Positions 62,401-64,000 of a stretch of DNA of 64,000 nt are shown piece by piece. The notes under the pieces are model-generated. The model saw only the letters and a program-made list of their open reading frames with translations, did not search any database and had not been told where the DNA came from. Within the stretch, counting starts at the first letter, position 1; the number at the start of each line of letters is the position of its first letter. Origin of the DNA: Paramoeba atlantica (Eukaryota > Protista > Discosea); the NCBI GenBank assembly GCA_977017575.1, contig CDRNVI010000003.1, positions 372,001 to 436,000 on the forward strand, read 5' to 3'. Both the position numbers and the translations under genes were made by a program.

Positions 62401-62779
62401 TCATGTTACTTGTTTCTGCAGTAAAGGTTTTCTCAATTACTCTGTTTTCGATGACTACATCTTTGATCACAGTATTCTTAATAGATTCAGATGTATTCTT
62501 AGTAGAATCAAATGTAATCGTCGTGGGATTCAAATGCTTTGTAGTCACAGACAAACGTGGAACCGCAGCACGGATGCGAGATGTCTGAACCAGTCGACCA
62601 CTGTCTTGGAATGCGCATGTAGTCGCACGTATGGAGTTGTGCCGTCTACCAAATTGATATACGAAGCGATTTAAATAAACCTTGTGATGGATTACTATGC
62701 TTCGATGTTTCCTCAACCTTAAAGAGCCACCGGGACATAACATTCGCGGCATAAAGCTTTCGTTAGGTAAAAAACTCAT
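56462..62779 (-). CDS. REH2: Mitochondrial DExH RNA helicase, RNA editing helicase 2-like (2105 aa)
   Basis: Presequence-like N-terminus; five or more divergent dsRBD-like repeats (..CMHAE.IL..L..); helicase motifs AGSGKTTQIPQY, QPRRISA, DEVHER, MSAT, STNICESSITI, QRAGRAGR; HA2/OB tail. Size and layout match kinetoplastid REH2. Confidence 0.85.
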   Translation of the reverse strand: MSFLPNESFMPRMLCPGGSLRLRKHRSIVIHHKVYLNRFVYQFGRRHNSIRATTCAFQDSGRLVQTSRIRAAVPRLSVTTKHLNPTTITFDSTKNTSESIKNTVIKDVVIENRVIEKTFTAETSNMNSQKVENVFRIDNMARSRIVAYISRHHPAMEKDKLFQNVDAKSQSEKCEVHLKLPIESYNVTACGIAESEKDAEVVCCMHAESILNELQIPIFSLSSGQIKYAAQKRKDGKKAPMPGAKRKSFHEITMPPALEYVGLDQESRQKLVNTTVQYVNQVSSEDERIESEDGKFTLVALATQSHANANLYIRSPNFYDSNSVARMHRYYARWSHVLMDTVINVTEKVFNKSTETPSEFTATLVLPLDKIFGKRESVGIARNARSASSLCAMHMELMLDALGIRIYGNDEKQRLHAEGVRKMGRWAPMPGDQTRPYAVSPLPLKKTTLNLESKSLKEDTDLLQNTSLEPVDILQMDAAKKLKTVHSRFYWPYFDEKVHVQYLYHKGSWRDSRSVTAIYRLPINTEKVGVRTAMGVSLNRTTAEVLCCMHALKIIEILNVKEDYLNVDKETLSPPALCMLNEESGGSDDLNEERRPLSRNLVEYKEEGDNVKKGDGQTIGIKLDTITTEAKAFEPTTWRVDTTDSYAVVRGSALIMSQSALIRPYEKDEMSRHRIGKYLASRGSSIAQLFTKEQFNLVDPKVPGFQQLYYRFSGNIFIDGIGNIKAIGESYMEDDALIIACMHAELIIDHVGGKLFTRTEQQNKRAQLTRKSGRWAPFSTDDVRPDAKNNLPPPLRYKLQSATDFDRLIPYTVKREGVYEIVTREQYKMKYLAALSKYYFRYARDKSKRCDNLLQVIKCTGVYHEEGHRQTQALLELPVPERFGKRLAIGIANKVSDAKSMCILHGTRILDALGISVFSDSSAQSIHRLEVMREGRSAAFPGHGLSEANTVSPPPVKLKVSFGMTSRPELPSEDEEVMTIEDWLFFVQQTIEYLQAAQEAKDFEYLKQGKIPRTGDAVSDGALDCVEGDGFSTCGMKSVLSDWCERTGIRYPDKMSTRRLQDTPYIHTYFPVPGFPEYTAHGIHRTKLSSAKRAIAHAVYMLRVLDKDFCDRANNLEKRLGSVCNWDAEARELTTGGHDTVLQLYEKAAESSPVNTLVKFDKETGVYEIGLTLNDPQMGSIEVAGSSGTRVGAHGAAQSKLVNFLIKHRDKSAADITCMIQMLQRYPYFQMRGVSNISPLLRSNKDLMERLHDAVGRWKDVHELEQESRNITDTELERRLLFRDLEIPAFRPDLHQKLLDRQLDPTYKNGIGRQRRELTIRSIKKELLDAIQKNQVVVVCSAAGSGKTTQIPQYILDDCLINERPCGIVVTQPRRISAISVAKRVAHERQEEVGDSIGYQIRLEHRPGTHLNFLTSGLLLRKLRTDRFAHEYSHIIFDEVHERDSSTDMCLTLLRDILSQRLDLKLIIMSATMHSSSFSKYFSNAPVIECNRGMYDVDIKYLDHIASLARERNVVTTSMLNLAPPPELLNSDQRIQGMSKASSAIDFRLLTFLVDHCIRNHEVANASILVFLPGWGDIVAASEAISHMRDEIEVLTLHSSVAQDLQMKAFAPASPGKTKVVLSTNICESSITIPDVRVVIDTGRLKQAVTTFSLDATTHQTALQVMYASKANCIQRAGRAGRTQNGICYRMYTRETYELLPTYQSPELVRTPLDGICLLLLTLGIESPEEYLSNNVLDVPQSISIKSAMRKLQDAGAVDENMQLTPLGLYLSPLPVDPSTGKMILLGLALGCLDCALTIAAATSISPFDNTFDGREGARINRDILGRKSRSDILSCVNAYNSWVNVRGIFPEHEARFLSDHTLVLSKLEQMSLTKHQIYNVLAENKYLTDIDPESSKKRAAFVDQSIHSTLSSDIILAKGLITCMLYPNVAQKVTKYLRTKTVETVIDTTSICAQIMEFKIGEDKNQSPYYVFRSCTKSPKTKSGIQYKISEVTGITIWPLLFFGVPTNSIDFVEKAHLMILDDWLFVLADERTCQVIKKLKLAMVLALVRKLQNPNDTQARRDLQIIQKAYYEVLHQADKEGTHKEEGIIVRFGETAEWAKLEK

Positions 62780-63237
62780 AGAGGTATGAATACCTCAAGA
62801 TAACGAACTATAGTTAAGCATGAAGGTGTAAGACTGCTCAACAGTATTTTCTTGCATACGCGTGAAGAATTTTATGCACTTACGTAGTAAATGTCTAAAA
62901 AAAAGCAGTCCTATGATAAGCAGTGCGGCTTCGTGTATAGCTATACTGGTAACTGTGTATGTATGCTAGTAACTATTGTGTATATAACGCCCTCCATACT
63001 CTCGAATATTGAGAATAAAGTGGTCGAAAAAATGGAAAAGAACAAGAATACACTGATAATCTGTTGTAGGAACTCCTAAATGAACCACAAAGTATTTGCG
63101 AGATCGGGGATCCAAGAGTGCGTAGGAGGCATAAAGGATATTTCTTTTCGAAAAACGTTTTCCGAATCGAGCCCTAGGAAGGGTATTCTATTTTTAACGC
63201 CAGATAGCGATTGTACGCTATGAAGACTTTATGATAA

Positions 63238-64000
63238 CTAGATAGTTACATCTTCATCGCTGCGTATATTACTTTCGTCTTCACCTCTGCATACCACTAA
63301 GCGTTTCCTTCGCGTTTCTGTGCGTTTGTGCTGGTTTATTTTCTGCCGATGCAGCCTCGAATGTTGTGCAAAAAGAGTACCATTACTTTTTAAAAGGCTA
63401 AGAGTAGCTACTGATTCGTTCGCGTCGTGTGAATCAGTGTGTATTGCAGTACAACCCACTCGCCTCTTCTTTTGCCCGCTGACAAGAAAAGCATACCGGC
63501 TTTGACGTTTTTTTGAACGCATCATTGTCATGGTACGTGGTTTCCCTAGCGTGAATACAACGCTCGAATCGGATGTATGCAACAATGAGTGGGGCTCGGA
63601 ACTAGAATCAATGCTTGGAATCAGCTTGCTGAAATGTACGTTTTTGCGAGGAATCCGACGAGCTTGTTGTTGGGACTTATCCCAGGAGCGCAGCCACCGC
63701 ATACCGCTCCTGGACGAAACATCAGGAATGTCCAATCCTTCCTCTGTGTAGGCATTCTCCAACTGCATTCGGTAGTTTTCCAGGTGTCGTGCAGTGCCTT
63801 TTTTTTGCGAACGCAGAGACAGAATGATGGCGTCGAATCGCGTAACAAAAGCTCGACAGGCGGCTTCGACTTGATCAACCGACAGGAACAGCACGGAGGA
63901 GTGATTGTTTTCAACATAATTCGCGAACCATTCAACGGTGTCATACCATTCCTTCTCTCTACCCTTCTGAATTACTTTGGCGTCGCTCTGCTTCTCTCGA
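63238..64000 (-). CDS. Hypothetical protein, 5'-partial (starts beyond window end)
   Basis: The frame of the 63238..63894 ORF stays stop-free to position 63999 (REKQSDAKVIQKGREKEWYDTVEWF...), so the GTG start in the track is artificial. Confidence 0.6.
   Translation of the reverse strand, partial: REKQSDAKVIQKGREKEWYDTVEWFANYVENNHSSVLFLSVDQVEAACRAFVTRFDAIILSLRSQKKGTARHLENYRMQLENAYTEEGLDIPDVSSRSGMRWLRSWDKSQQQARRIPRKNVHFSKLIPSIDSSSEPHSLLHTSDSSVVFTLGKPRTMTMMRSKKRQSRYAFLVSGQKKRRVGCTAIHTDSHDANESVATLSLLKSNGTLFAQHSRLHRQKINQHKRTETRRKRLVVCRGEDESNIRSDEDVTI

Noticed and set aside
1-64000. tRNA/rRNA genes and non-standard genetic code
   Set aside because: No cloverleaf or rRNA motifs seen (GTTCGAATCC-like hits at about 19770 and 24968 lack tRNA context). 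Conserved genes are uninterrupted in the standard code and end at normal stops.

Overview
Intron-free, gene-dense eukaryotic DNA in which every recognisable host gene (about 28) lies on the minus strand, as one co-oriented polycistronic-type cluster. Gene content points to a kinetoplastid: a 2105-aa REH2-like mitochondrial RNA-editing helicase, a deoxyhypusine-synthase paralogue lacking the catalytic Lys motif, and polypyrimidine-AG tracts before ATGs. A Perkinsela-like lineage is my inference from the compact genes, Merlin elements and expanded LRR family; it is not proven. Host genes include a penicillin-acylase-family Ntn hydrolase (missed by the ORF track), DNA polymerase alpha, DDI1, eIF4G, GSH1, RRP4, HemK, Y14, cytochrome b5 reductase, a DTW protein, a sugar transporter and three plant-type LRR paralogues. 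Intergenic DNA holds cut-and-paste transposons of four superfamilies (Tc1-like, Merlin, hAT, PIF/Harbinger). One is a fully resolvable nest: a Tc1 element interrupted by an ORF-intact Merlin and a Merlin MITE. All firmly assigned transposase ORFs are antisense to the host genes. The most unusual signal is a set of about 1-kb GC-rich islands inside coding sequences. In each, top-strand composition flips from C/A-rich to G/T-rich at a GC-saturated centre, overriding codon usage and even amino-acid composition, with no change in gene orientation.
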